A DNA stretch of 53,243 nucleotides. Source: Candidatus Subterrananammoxibius californiae. GTDB lineage: Bacteria > Planctomycetota > Brocadiia > Brocadiales > Subterrananammoxibiaceae. Both the position numbers and the translations under genes were made by a program. The notes beneath the pieces are model-generated. The model did not search any database. It saw only the letters and a program-made list of their open reading frames with translations, and was not told where the DNA came from. Positions 27,912-38,030 of the stretch are shown piece after piece. The stretch is from contig JAURAC010000021.1 in assembly GCA_030586555.1 (NCBI GenBank), positions 1 through 53,243 of the forward strand, written 5' to 3'. Position 1 is the stretch's first letter, and each line of letters starts with the position of its first letter.

Positions 27912-29218
27912 ATGATGGTTCTCCTTCCCATGCAATAGTAAACAAATCCTTTTTCTCTCATCGTTTTAGGGTCGTAAATGTTTCTTCCGTCAAAAATAAC
28001 TGGCGTTTTCATCAGGTCCTTTATCTTATCGAAATTTGGTTGTCTAAACTCATTCCATTCGGTAACTACAACCAGCGCCTCTGCGTTCTTTAGGGCATTG
28101 TAGTTTGAATTTGCAAATTCAATCTTTTTGTCAAATATGGTCCTTGCCTGCAGCATCGCCTCCGGGTCGTAAGCGGAAATATTAGCCCCTTTGTCCAGCA
28201 ACGCATCAATCACGGTAATGGAAGGCGCTTCACGCATGTCATCCGTGCGGGGCTTAAAGGCAAGCCCCCACAAGGCAATCTTTCTATTCCTAACATCACC
28301 AGAAAAATGTTGAAATATTTTATCTACAAAGGCCTGCCTCTGTAAGTTATTAACATTTTCGACTGCTTTCATGATTTTTAACTCATAACCAACCTCTGTG
28401 CCAGTATGGATTAATGCCCTCATATCCTTGGGAAAACAAGAACCGCCGTAGCCCACCCCAGGAAAAAGGAAGGCATGCCCAATCCTGGAATCTGAGCCAA
28501 TACCCTTTCTTATACAATCCACATCTGCGCCTACCAGTTCACAGAGGTTCGCCATTTCATTCATAAAGGAGATACGAGCAGCAAGGATTGCATTCGCAAC
28601 GTATTTCGTCATCTCAGCGCTCTTAATATCCATTATCAATATTGGCTTATCCGTTCTAACAAAAGGCGCATACAATGCCCTCATAATCTCTGCCACTCTA
28701 ACATTATCAATACCTATGACCACACGGTCTGGCTTCATGAAGTCCTCAAGGGCTGAACCCTCTTTTAAGAACTCGGGATTTGAAACAATATCAAACTCCG
28801 TTTTTGTCTCCTTTGCAATAATCTTACGAACTTTTTCAGCAGTGCCTACAGGTACCGTGCTTTTATGAATTATAATCTTATAACCATTAATTGCCCTTCC
28901 TATAGAACCTGCAACTTCAAAAACAGCCCTTAAATCAGGTACGCCACCATCCAGTTCGGGTGTTCCAACAGAAATAAATATTATGAGCGACTCCTTAACC
29001 GCCTCATCCAAATTTGTGGAGAAACGCAGACGACCTTCGTTGACATTACGATGAACGAGTTCCTCAAGCCCGGGTTCGTAGAAGGGTATCTTGCCTTCGT
29101 TCAACAAATCAATCTTTTTTAAGACCGAATCCACACATATTACGTCGTTACCCGATTCAGCAAAACATGTGCCCGTAACAAGCCCCACATAACCAGTTCC
29201 TATTACGCATATCTTCAT
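27908..29218 (-). CDS. ugd: UDP-glucose 6-dehydrogenase
   Basis: GTGYVGL, SNPEFLKEG, GYGGSCFPKD and GLAFKP.TDD.RE. Confidence 0.93.
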   Translation of the reverse strand: MKICVIGTGYVGLVTGTCFAESGNDVICVDSVLKKIDLLNEGKIPFYEPGLEELVHRNVNEGRLRFSTNLDEAVKESLIIFISVGTPELDGGVPDLRAVFEVAGSIGRAINGYKIIIHKSTVPVGTAEKVRKIIAKETKTEFDIVSNPEFLKEGSALEDFMKPDRVVIGIDNVRVAEIMRALYAPFVRTDKPILIMDIKSAEMTKYVANAILAARISFMNEMANLCELVGADVDCIRKGIGSDSRIGHAFLFPGVGYGGSCFPKDMRALIHTGTEVGYELKIMKAVENVNNLQRQAFVDKIFQHFSGDVRNRKIALWGLAFKPRTDDMREAPSITVIDALLDKGANISAYDPEAMLQARTIFDKKIEFANSNYNALKNAEALVVVTEWNEFRQPNFDKIKDLMKTPVIFDGRNIYDPKTMREKGFVYYCMGRRTII

Positions 29219-29419
29219 CTGTTATCTCCAGTTCGCCTCTTTTCCCTGCGTTAATCTGTAAAGTGACCTATAATAACATCGGGATTGCGAATTATCAATA
29301 AAAACTTATTCCTGCTGTAATGGCAAGATAAAAAACGTCCTGTTTTTAAGTTTAATTATTTATTAGTAGTATAAAAACTGCTATTTTTAATTTGCGTCTA
29401 AAAAGGGTGGCTTTTGCGC

Positions 29420-29448
29420 TTGACAGTAGTCTTGCGCTACTGTAGAAT
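29420..29448 (+). promoter_or_regulatory. Sigma70 promoter with an inverted repeat spanning the spacer
   Basis: TTGACA, 17 bp spacer, TAGAAT; ACAGTAG-N7-CTACTGT at 29423-29443. Confidence 0.65.
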
Positions 29449-29457
29449 CAGCATCTT

Positions 29458-30984
29458 ATGGAGAATTCGGGATTGAAAATGACATTGACACACAAATTCC
29501 TCGAAACCTGCGATAAGTTTGGCAATAATATTGCAATTATAGATGATAATGGGTCATTAACTTACGCTGAGTTTGGCGCTGCAGCTAAAAAAATGGCTGC
29601 CCTCCTTACAGGACTTACACCCCGGCAAAATATTGGAATACTTTTACCCACATGCAAAGAATTTTCTATTGCTTATTTCGCTACGCTTTTAATGGGTAAG
29701 ACCCCAGTCCCATTAAACTTCTTAATGTCTTCGGCACAAATGTCCTATGTTATAAAAGACGCTTCCTTAGATACGGTAATAACAATTTCACTGTTCAGGA
29801 ATCTTGTCGAAGGGCAAATCAACCACTGTGTCTGTCTCGATGAAATAAAAGCACCCAGCCCTAAGAGTCAGGAGTCTGCACGGACAAACAAATTTGTCCA
29901 TGCCACCCAATTATCAAGACTTGTAGACTCACCTGCGGATACAGCAGTTCTGCTCTATACATCAGGAACAACAGCAAACCCCAAGGGCGTAATACTAACG
30001 CATAAAAACATATTGAGTGTAATTGACGGTGTTGCACCGAGCTTTAAATTCACCCATGAGGATGTAATCCTCGGGGTACTTCCATTATTTCATTCCTTTG
30101 CATTAACTGTAACGCTTGCCCTTCCAGTATGTTTTGGTGCCAGAGTGGTTTATGTTACAAGATTTTCTGGGCAAAGGGTGTTAGAACTAATTGAAAAACA
30201 CAAAATCACAATAGTGGCTGCCATCCCATCAATGTTTCGTGTAATGTTGCGTACATTAGGGTCGAAGATTGAGCGAAGCGAAACATCAAGCAAGTACGAC
30301 CTTAGCTCTGTCCGTTTGTATGCAACCGGAGGTGAACCCCTGCCGAAAGATATCACAGAAGGCTTTAGCGCTATATCTCCGATTCCCCTGTTTGAAGGTT
30401 ACGGACTAACCGAGGCATCAGCCATTGTATCGGTAAACCTACCCGATAAATACAAGGCAGGCACGGCTGGACCACCTTTACCAAACCTCAACGTGCAGAT
30501 TGTAGATGAGAACCACAATCCACTACCTCCAAACACCGATGGCGAGATATGGATAAAAGGACCCAGTGTCATGAGTGGCTATCATAACCTGCCCCAGCAC
30601 ACTGCTGAAGCCCTTACGAAAGACGGCTGGCTGAAGACAGGCGATATAGGCACATTGGATGCGGATGGATTCTTGAAGATTACTGGAAGAAAGAAGGAGT
30701 TAATAATTATCAGTGGAGAAAATGTTTCCCCTAACGAGATTGAGGAAACAATTGCCCTTCACCCTGAGGTGTACGAGGTAGCCGTAGTGGGCGTGCCTGA
30801 CAAGACCAGAGGTGAGGTGCCAAAGGCATATATATCCCTTGCAAAAGATGCCAACTTGAGTGAAAACGACTTAAAAGATTTTTGCCGAGATAGGCTCCCT
30901 CATTATAAGATACCCCGATATTTTGAATTCCGAGAAAACCTACCCAAGGGCCCAACAGGAAAGATTCTTAAAAGGGCGCTCTGA
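29458..30984 (+). CDS. AMP-binding acyl-CoA/acyl-ACP synthetase
   Basis: YTSGTTANPKG, EGYGLTE, TGDIG and PTGKI. Confidence 0.9.
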   Translation: MENSGLKMTLTHKFLETCDKFGNNIAIIDDNGSLTYAEFGAAAKKMAALLTGLTPRQNIGILLPTCKEFSIAYFATLLMGKTPVPLNFLMSSAQMSYVIKDASLDTVITISLFRNLVEGQINHCVCLDEIKAPSPKSQESARTNKFVHATQLSRLVDSPADTAVLLYTSGTTANPKGVILTHKNILSVIDGVAPSFKFTHEDVILGVLPLFHSFALTVTLALPVCFGARVVYVTRFSGQRVLELIEKHKITIVAAIPSMFRVMLRTLGSKIERSETSSKYDLSSVRLYATGGEPLPKDITEGFSAISPIPLFEGYGLTEASAIVSVNLPDKYKAGTAGPPLPNLNVQIVDENHNPLPPNTDGEIWIKGPSVMSGYHNLPQHTAEALTKDGWLKTGDIGTLDADGFLKITGRKKELIIISGENVSPNEIEETIALHPEVYEVAVVGVPDKTRGEVPKAYISLAKDANLSENDLKDFCRDRLPHYKIPRYFEFRENLPKGPTGKILKRAL

Positions 30985-31182
30985 TAGCTCATAATAGCTC
31001 ATAGTTCATAGCTCATAGCAAAAAATACCTGCAGTACTATCAGCTATGAGCTATCAGCTATGAACTAATTTGCTTGCTTTTTCTCGTGTTAAATGTACAA
31101 TAAAATCCTTTGAAATATCTGAAAAAAAACGGAACGGTAAATTATTAATTGGTAACTTTATTCCTTAGGTGGTAGTTGAACA

Positions 31183-32184
31183 GTGGTTAAAATTGGGGTT
31201 GTGGGGGCAGGCTATTGGGGACCTAATCTCATCAGGGATTTTTCTAAAATTGACCAGCACTTAGTCCACACCGTATGCGATAGGATTGATAGCCGTTTAA
31301 CCCTTATAAAAGAGAAATACCCTCACGTGCAAGTAACCACTGAATACAGTGATATTTTAAAAAACCCTGAAATAAACGCAGTGGTTATTGCCATAGAACC
31401 CCGATTCCACTATGCCTTAGCAATGGAAGCCCTGAAGGCAGGCAAACATCTTTTTGTGGAAAAGCCCCTTGCCGTAACCACTAAAGAGTGCCAGGAGCTT
31501 ATTAATACTGCAGAAGGTAGCAACTTAGTGTTAATGGTTGGGCACATCTTTGAATACAACAGCGCTGTAAGAAAGATAAGGGAATTAATTAGCGATGGGG
31601 CATTAGGTGATATTTATTATATCCATGCAGAGAGGCTCGACCTGGGAACAGTAAAGGCAGATGTTAACGCCATGTGGAACATAGCGCCCCATGACGTATC
31701 AATCCTCATTTACTGGCTTCAAAAAGAACCCATTACCATTAGTGCTAAAGGTTATTCATATTTGCAAAAGAACATCCAGGATATGGTGAGCATGGATTTG
31801 GAATTTGCAGGAGGCATTCACGCAAAGATTGATGTAAGCTGGCTTGACCCCCGCAAGATTCGCACTATGACAATCATCGGTAGCAAGAAAATGGTCGTTT
31901 ATGATGAGCTTAGCCGCGATGGTAAAGTAAAGCTCCGAACAAATGATTTGTGTGCGGAGGGTTTTCAGCAACGAAAAGACAAATACATTAAGAAAACCGC
32001 AGAGTTCACATCTGCAGAATTAAAAGAAGTCGAACCCCTTTTTGAGGAATGCAGTCACTTCATAGAGTGTATCGCAAATGGCAAAAAACCTTTAACCGAC
32101 GGAAGGAATGGTTTGCGGGTGGTTAAGGTTCTTGAGGCAGCGCAAAAATCCCTCGAAAAAGGCGGTAACAGGGTTTTTTTGTAA
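31183..32184 (+). CDS. Gfo/Idh/MocA oxidoreductase (sugar 3-dehydrogenase-like)
   Basis: GAGYWGPN, VEKP and APHD. Confidence 0.88.
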   Translation: MVKIGVVGAGYWGPNLIRDFSKIDQHLVHTVCDRIDSRLTLIKEKYPHVQVTTEYSDILKNPEINAVVIAIEPRFHYALAMEALKAGKHLFVEKPLAVTTKECQELINTAEGSNLVLMVGHIFEYNSAVRKIRELISDGALGDIYYIHAERLDLGTVKADVNAMWNIAPHDVSILIYWLQKEPITISAKGYSYLQKNIQDMVSMDLEFAGGIHAKIDVSWLDPRKIRTMTIIGSKKMVVYDELSRDGKVKLRTNDLCAEGFQQRKDKYIKKTAEFTSAELKEVEPLFEECSHFIECIANGKKPLTDGRNGLRVVKVLEAAQKSLEKGGNRVFL

Positions 32185-32214
32185 GTATCAATTTATTAAA
32201 TAAAGGATTACTAC

Positions 32215-33333
32215 ATGAGCAAAATAGCCGTTGGCAAGATACCTTTTGTAGATTTAAAGGTACAGTATGAATCAATCAGGAATGAAATCCAGGAGGTAGT
32301 TAATGGCGTTTTAGAGGATACAAACTTTATACTGGGAAAGCATGTAAAAAAGTTCGAGGATGATTTTGCAAGGTTCTGTGGAGTAAAATTTGCCATTGGC
32401 GTTGGAAACGGTACGGAGGCAATAACTTTAGCGCTCAAGGCGCTCGGGATAGGCGCTGGTGACGAGGTTATCACCGTACCTAACACGGCAGCGCCAACGG
32501 CAGAGGCAATTACGCTGGCAGGGGCAAGGGTTGTCTTTGTTGATATAGACCCTGATACATATAATATTGACGCATCAAAGATAGCTGAAAAGATTACAAA
32601 GAAAACGAAGGCTATAGTCCCGGTTCATCTGTACGGTCAGCCCTGTAATTTAGATGAGGTTATGCGTGTGGCAAAGACATTTAATTTAAAAGTCGTTGAG
32701 GATGCCGCACAGGCACACGGCGCAATATATGAAGGGAAACGGGTTGGGTCCATTGGCGATGCAGGATGCTTTAGTTTCTACCCTTCTAAAAACCTTGGCT
32801 GCTACGGGGATGGTGGCGCCGTGGTAACTAACAATAAAGATACAGCATCAAAAGTCTCCATGCTCAGAGACCACGGCAGAAAAGAGAAATATGTGCATGA
32901 ATTTGAAGGACACAATAGTAGACTTGACGCCCTTCAAGCCGTTGTTCTCCAGGTAAAGCTAAAATATATTGATAAATGGAATGAAAGGCGCAGGGAGAAT
33001 GCGCAATATTACACGGAACTACTCAGCGATGTAAACGTTGTAACTGTTCCAGAGATACTTACGGGGACGGTCCCGGTATTCCATCTATACGTAATCAAGG
33101 TAAATGACAGAGATGCGCTCATGGCAGGATTGAAAGAGGAAGGTATTGAGACAGGTGTACACTATCCATTACCCCTCCATCTTCAACCTGCTTATGCATA
33201 TTTGGGAAATAAAAAAGGCTCTTATCCTGCTGCAGAATTTGCAACCAAGCATATAGTGAGTCTGCCAATGTTTCCCGAACTGAGAATGGAACAGATAGAA
33301 ATGGTCGTAGATGCTATCAGGGAACTCGCCTGA
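32215..33333 (+). CDS. DegT/DnrJ/EryC1/StrS aminotransferase
   Basis: VHLYGQ, EDAAQAHGA and FSFYPSKNLG.YGDGG. Confidence 0.92.
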   Translation: MSKIAVGKIPFVDLKVQYESIRNEIQEVVNGVLEDTNFILGKHVKKFEDDFARFCGVKFAIGVGNGTEAITLALKALGIGAGDEVITVPNTAAPTAEAITLAGARVVFVDIDPDTYNIDASKIAEKITKKTKAIVPVHLYGQPCNLDEVMRVAKTFNLKVVEDAAQAHGAIYEGKRVGSIGDAGCFSFYPSKNLGCYGDGGAVVTNNKDTASKVSMLRDHGRKEKYVHEFEGHNSRLDALQAVVLQVKLKYIDKWNERRRENAQYYTELLSDVNVVTVPEILTGTVPVFHLYVIKVNDRDALMAGLKEEGIETGVHYPLPLHLQPAYAYLGNKKGSYPAAEFATKHIVSLPMFPELRMEQIEMVVDAIRELA

Positions 33334-33388
33334 GGCGAGGTACGTTAGAAATTCTATTTCTAACGTACCGAGGATGATAAACGATGTT

Positions 33389-34171
33389 ATGGATGCACCA
33401 AAAGATATTTCTATTACTGAACAAGAGAAGAAGAAAGTTAAGATTTCTGTGGTCCTCCCCGTATTTAATGAAGCAGAGAACGTACCCCTGGTTGCCTCAG
33501 GGATTATCGAGGTTCTTGATAAACTGAACGAAGCGTATGAGATAATCTTTGTTGATGACGGCAGTAAGGATAATAGTTTCGAAGTTTTAAAAGGTATTTG
33601 CTCGAAGTACAAGGTGGTTCGGACAATCCGCTTCAAGAAGAATTGTGGTGAGACGGCAGCCCTCGATGCGGGATTCAAGGCAGCAAGAGGCGATTGGGTG
33701 GTTGCTATGGATGCCGACCTGCAAACAGACCCCAACGATATTCCAAAAATGCTTGAGAAAACAAAGGAATACGATGTTGTTTGGGGCTATAGGGATAAGA
33801 GAAATGACCCGTGGATAAAACTTATCTCATCTAAGGTGGCAAACTTTGTCCGTAATAAATTGACCAATGAAAATATAAGGGATGTCGGCTGCCCTCTTCG
33901 TGTTATTAAAAAAGAGTGTTTAGACAAACTTAAATTATTTACAGGGTTGCACCGCTTTATGCCCACGCTCTGTAAGATGGAAGGCTACAGGGTTGTGGAG
34001 CTCGAGATAAAACATTCACCACGGCGATACGGAAAGTCTAAGTACAATATATGGAATCGAGTATTCAGGTCATTTGTTGATTTGCTTGCTGTAAGGTGGA
34101 TGTTAAAACGCCGTCTGGGCTATGAGGTAGTAGAGTCAACGATGGTAGACAACGAGGTTTTACCTCGTTGA
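33389..34171 (+). CDS. GT2 polyprenyl-phosphate glycosyltransferase (ArnC/DPM-like); start uncertain
   Basis: SVVLPVFNE, VDDGSKD, MDADLQ and HRF.P. Confidence 0.88.
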   Translation: MDAPKDISITEQEKKKVKISVVLPVFNEAENVPLVASGIIEVLDKLNEAYEIIFVDDGSKDNSFEVLKGICSKYKVVRTIRFKKNCGETAALDAGFKAARGDWVVAMDADLQTDPNDIPKMLEKTKEYDVVWGYRDKRNDPWIKLISSKVANFVRNKLTNENIRDVGCPLRVIKKECLDKLKLFTGLHRFMPTLCKMEGYRVVELEIKHSPRRYGKSKYNIWNRVFRSFVDLLAVRWMLKRRLGYEVVESTMVDNEVLPR

Positions 34172-34218
34172 TTTCAACGAACATAAAGTTCGTTGTCTAC
34201 TAATTACAAATACATCAA

Positions 34219-35898
34219 ATGGAAATAAGCACATCATACTTAACGAATAATAATCGTTTAACCTCTTATATTAAGGCAAAACTATCAGAAGCCCTGGTTC
34301 AAATACCTATATTGGTGCTACTTTGCTTTCTATTATTTTTATTGAATCTGAATGGCATAGACCTCTGGGGCTCTGACGAGCCTCGTTATGCAGAAATTGC
34401 GAGGGAAATGGTGGCGGATGGCAACTGGGTTGTCCCGCATTTTAATGGCAAGGTGTATTTTAATAAGCCCCCGCTTTTCTTCTGGTTTGTGGGGCTTTTT
34501 AGTTTAATCGGAGGAGAGGTTACTGAACTGACCGCCCGTTTACCTGCTGCGCTAATGGGTCTCGGTACGGCGCTTGTGGTATATTTTCTGGGGAAAAGGC
34601 TTGTAAACCAGCGGGTTGGGTTTTTTGCCGCTTTGATGCTTGCCACATCGCCGCAATTTCACAAATATGCAAGGCTGGTTAGATTGGATTTGCCTTTCAC
34701 ATTTTTTATTACCCTTGCAATGGCATCTTTCTTTTATGGTCGAACGGCGGTCAGGCAAAAAAAATGGTACTTTCTCGCCTTCTGGTTCTTTATGGGACTT
34801 GCTACCCTGCTAAAAGGTCCCCTTGGAATTTTTCTTCCTTTAAGTGTCATCTTCTTCTATCTTTTGTTTAACAAAGAATTAAAGTTTTTTAAACAGATAC
34901 AGCCTCTGGCCGGAGCTATAATATTCCTTTTTGTTGTGTTCGCCTGGTTTATTCCCGCGCATCTCTCAGGAGGAAGTGAGTACACGGAGGGTAATACTGT
35001 CAGGAACGGCTTTCTATACCTTATAAATCCATGGAACCATTCAGAGACATTCTACTACTATTTCCCCGAGTTGTTGGTAGGGGCTGCCCCGTGGTCACTA
35101 TTTCTTCCAAGCGCCCTTATTTTATGTTTTTCCCAGAAGCACACAGAAATTAGAAAGAGGATGCTTTTCCCTGCCTTCTGGCTCTTAGTCATTTTTATAA
35201 TCTTCACCCTGGGTCTATCAAAGAGGGCTGGCTATCTTCTTCCACTTTATCCTGCAGTTGCGATACTTGTTGCCATATTTTGGGATGATTTCCTGAATCT
35301 ACTCTCTTTACGACGCTCCAGGTTAATGACGATTCCTGTATATGTGCTTATCGCAAGTATGATACTTGGTACAGGTTTATTTCCAATTTTGATGTATCAC
35401 AAGCATAACCTAAATAGCTACAGTTTTCTCATTGCCTTTTGCATGCTTTCCCTTGCAATATTTTTCTTCGTACTCTTTCACAAAAGAAAATATAATATAT
35501 TACTCATTTCCATTATCATCGCTGCACTAATACCAGAAATCTTGACAGACCAGATTTTTTTGCCGAGACAAAATAAATATGAATCAGAGAAGCCTGCCTG
35601 CGAAAAGATTGCATCAATTGTAGGAACAAATGGGAGTTGGGCTGTTTATAAGGAGTTCAGGAACACCTACCCTTTTTACGTCAAGAATTATCCCAAAAGG
35701 ATTAATAATCGAGAGGATTTGGCTGCCTTCTTAGGGTCCAGTCAGCAGGTTTACTGTCTTATTGCTAAAAGAGAGTATCAGGAACTGCAAAAGGAGGAGA
35801 AAATTGTTGTATCCCCCTTATGTCCGATTACTACTAATGGTAAAGAACTTTTGCTCGTTACTAACGAGAATGAGATTGCTTCGCTTCGCTCGCAATGA
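34219..35898 (+). CDS. ArnT/PMT-family lipid glycosyltransferase
   Basis: DEPRYAEIAREM, KPPL..W, KGP and YLLP.YP; multiple TMs. Confidence 0.88.
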   Translation: MEISTSYLTNNNRLTSYIKAKLSEALVQIPILVLLCFLLFLLNLNGIDLWGSDEPRYAEIAREMVADGNWVVPHFNGKVYFNKPPLFFWFVGLFSLIGGEVTELTARLPAALMGLGTALVVYFLGKRLVNQRVGFFAALMLATSPQFHKYARLVRLDLPFTFFITLAMASFFYGRTAVRQKKWYFLAFWFFMGLATLLKGPLGIFLPLSVIFFYLLFNKELKFFKQIQPLAGAIIFLFVVFAWFIPAHLSGGSEYTEGNTVRNGFLYLINPWNHSETFYYYFPELLVGAAPWSLFLPSALILCFSQKHTEIRKRMLFPAFWLLVIFIIFTLGLSKRAGYLLPLYPAVAILVAIFWDDFLNLLSLRRSRLMTIPVYVLIASMILGTGLFPILMYHKHNLNSYSFLIAFCMLSLAIFFFVLFHKRKYNILLISIIIAALIPEILTDQIFLPRQNKYESEKPACEKIASIVGTNGSWAVYKEFRNTYPFYVKNYPKRINNREDLAAFLGSSQQVYCLIAKREYQELQKEEKIVVSPLCPITTNGKELLLVTNENEIASLRSQ

Positions 35899-36014
35899 CA
35901 GAAGTGAGAGGCTCGTTGTCATGCGAGCCAACCGCTAAGTCGTGCCAGAGGCAGATTCGCTGTAGCGAACAATCTCTTCCATGGTTTGAACACATTTTGG
36001 AGGTATATAAATAA

Positions 36015-36368
36015 ATGGATTTTCTTTTAAACGCATTAGGGTCTTCAGAAAATGCTATGGCTGCATTTATTCGTGTAATAGGCATTAAGCCGTTCAACTT
36101 CTGGATTATATTGGGTTTCGTCGGGCAAGCTACGTTTACGGCTCGGTTCTGGATTCAGTGGATAGCTTCAGAAAAGAAAGGCAAAAGCGTAATTCCTATA
36201 CACTTCTGGTATTTAAGTATTGCGGGAAGCAGTATCGTCCTCTCCTACGCAATTTATAGGCTTGACCCTGTTTTCATTGCGGCTTATTGCGCTGGAAACT
36301 TTATTTATATAAGGAACTTGATACTTATTTATCGCCATAAAAAGAAAACTGAAGAGGCATCCGCCTGA
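36015..36368 (+). CDS. Lipid A biosynthesis N-terminal (LAB_N) domain protein
   Basis: GQ..F..RF..QW..SE....S..P..FWY.S and D.VFI. Confidence 0.85.
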   Translation: MDFLLNALGSSENAMAAFIRVIGIKPFNFWIILGFVGQATFTARFWIQWIASEKKGKSVIPIHFWYLSIAGSSIVLSYAIYRLDPVFIAAYCAGNFIYIRNLILIYRHKKKTEEASA

Positions 36369-36381
36369 GGCGGATTAAATT

Positions 36382-36684
36382 ATGCAAAATCTCAATATCT
36401 TTGTATCTTCTTTAAAACATCAGATATGGAGGAGGTATTACTATTTCTTCCATAAGGAGGAGATTCCAGACTCCATTAAGAAGAGAAAAGGATTGTGCAA
36501 GCGATGCGGACTTTGCTGCCAAGCGTCTATACGCTGTCCCAAATTAGCCTACGATGAAAATGGTCTGGCGCTATGCAATATACATGACCACAAACCTTAT
36601 ATGTGTGCCATCTATCCATTTAATGGGCGAGATTTCTTTAAACATCTGAAAGATAAATGCGGTTACTGGTATGATGAATCATAA
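36382..36684 (+). CDS. Small Cys-cluster protein (CxxCxxCC, YkgJ-like)
   Basis: CKRCGLCC...CP...CNIH..KP..C..YP...CGY. Confidence 0.7.
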   Translation: MQNLNIFVSSLKHQIWRRYYYFFHKEEIPDSIKKRKGLCKRCGLCCQASIRCPKLAYDENGLALCNIHDHKPYMCAIYPFNGRDFFKHLKDKCGYWYDES

Positions 36685-36762
36685 AAACGTAGGGGCACAT
36701 CATCTACCGTGGTAAATCGTGCCTAAGGCACGACAAGACACCCCTTCTATTATTATAGACAT

Positions 36763-37050
36763 CCCCCTGGAGCCAGGGTATTGAGGACATCTTCATAGGA
36801 GGATAGAGGACTTTTAGATTATCCCATTAGACCCCAGGGGTATTCCCCGTATCTTATGTTTCAATTGTGCGTAGAGCGGAACCCATCCCCACCTGACGGG
36901 TTCCGTAGCCGCGCCCCCAACCCTCTACGTATAAACGACCCATTTTCTGGAAGTACCGCAGCTTTTGAGGAGGTTGACCCCCGACTGAAAGGAGAACAAA
37001 AGATCGGGGGGGCAATGAAAGCTGCGGCACTTCCTATTATTAAGCCCACC
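36763..37050 (-). ncRNA. Candidate structured RNA with three stem-loop domains
   Basis: Long stems at 36764-36840, 36870-36929 and 36949-37034; their A.C mismatches on + become G.U pairs on the - strand. Confidence 0.45.
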
Positions 37051-37105
37051 CTTTTTAATATTCGTGTCGTTTCTAAAAACAATTAAGGCTAAAAGTGCAT
37101 TGCGA

Positions 37106-37732
37106 TTAAACAGCCTCATGTTTTGGATACTCAACAATACCCTTTACAAGGACACCCTTAATCATTTCCAGGGCTTCTTCTTCCGTCTCGCCACTGGAAA
37201 AGGAATGAGGATTTAAAGATGGACATTTCACCTTGAACCCACCTTTTTCTGGGTCAGCCTCCACTATCACATTAAACCGTTCCCCTCCTGCTTCAACAAC
37301 GACATCTTTCTTTACAATAAACCTCTGAATATTTTGGCTTAGCTCCTTAACAATATTACCGAGGGCAAGCGCAAAGACTAATTGTCCATTTTTCAACGTG
37401 TCCTCTATGATGCTTGTGTCTGCAGTAAGCACAAAAATGCCCTTCCCATCGGTCAAAAATTTCAGTTCTCCAAGAGGATTCTTTACTGTTGGCGCATGTA
37501 TCCTTAAATACTTTAAACTCTTGCGGATTTTCTGTAAGGAAATGCCACCCTCCATCAACGTCTTTGCCACCCGCATCTGAATCAGGTCAAAAAAGGAATA
37601 TAACCTCGTGCTTCCGTGTCCCGATGCCTGCCTTACCGATGGTTTAATAAAATCTGATTCATCCCAGTATTGCACCTGTCTGCGTGTTATACCAATTATC
37701 TCACATATCGCCTGTGTATTAAAATTTACCAT
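37106..37732 (-). CDS. MerR-family HTH regulator with a C-terminal HicB-like domain
   Basis: GITRRQVQYWD...RLYSF.DL...GISLQKIR; C-terminus GGFKVKCPSL...GETEEEALEMI. Confidence 0.8.
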   Translation of the reverse strand: MVNFNTQAICEIIGITRRQVQYWDESDFIKPSVRQASGHGSTRLYSFFDLIQMRVAKTLMEGGISLQKIRKSLKYLRIHAPTVKNPLGELKFLTDGKGIFVLTADTSIIEDTLKNGQLVFALALGNIVKELSQNIQRFIVKKDVVVEAGGERFNVIVEADPEKGGFKVKCPSLNPHSFSSGETEEEALEMIKGVLVKGIVEYPKHEAV

Positions 37733-37804
37733 CCCTACATCCTTACCATAAATTGTCACAAATTCCGTACCAAACAAGTTTGTACGGGGTTAGAAAGCAA
37801 TCAC

Positions 37805-37863
37805 AAGATATGTTATCTTAAAAACATTAATGTTTATTATAACACACAAAACGGAAATGTCAA
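37805..37863 (-). promoter_or_regulatory. Consensus sigma70 promoter and operator-like palindromes for the MerR-HicB gene
   Basis: Minus strand TTGACA-16-TATAAT (37863-37836); palindromes aaacattaatgttt and aagata-tgt-tatctt just downstream. Confidence 0.7.
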
Positions 37864-38030
37864 GTGTTTTTCAAAAAATTTTTAAAATTTTTTTTGGTGG
37901 TAGACAAAGGACCCTCCAAAAAAACAGCGGGCTTCCAGCTTTACGTGCGTTGAAATCAATCCGCCTGAGGCGGATTCACCCCTACTTTATTTAGATTGAA
38001 TCCAGTCATGGATTTGATATAATTTCATCC

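Noticed and set aside
36763..37050. SRP RNA, RNase P RNA, tmRNA or 6S RNA
   Set aside because: It lacks the SRP GGAAGGAAGCAG loop despite a gaacccgtcagg resemblance, the RNase P GAGGAAAGUCC motif, tRNA-like ends and a single long 6S rod.
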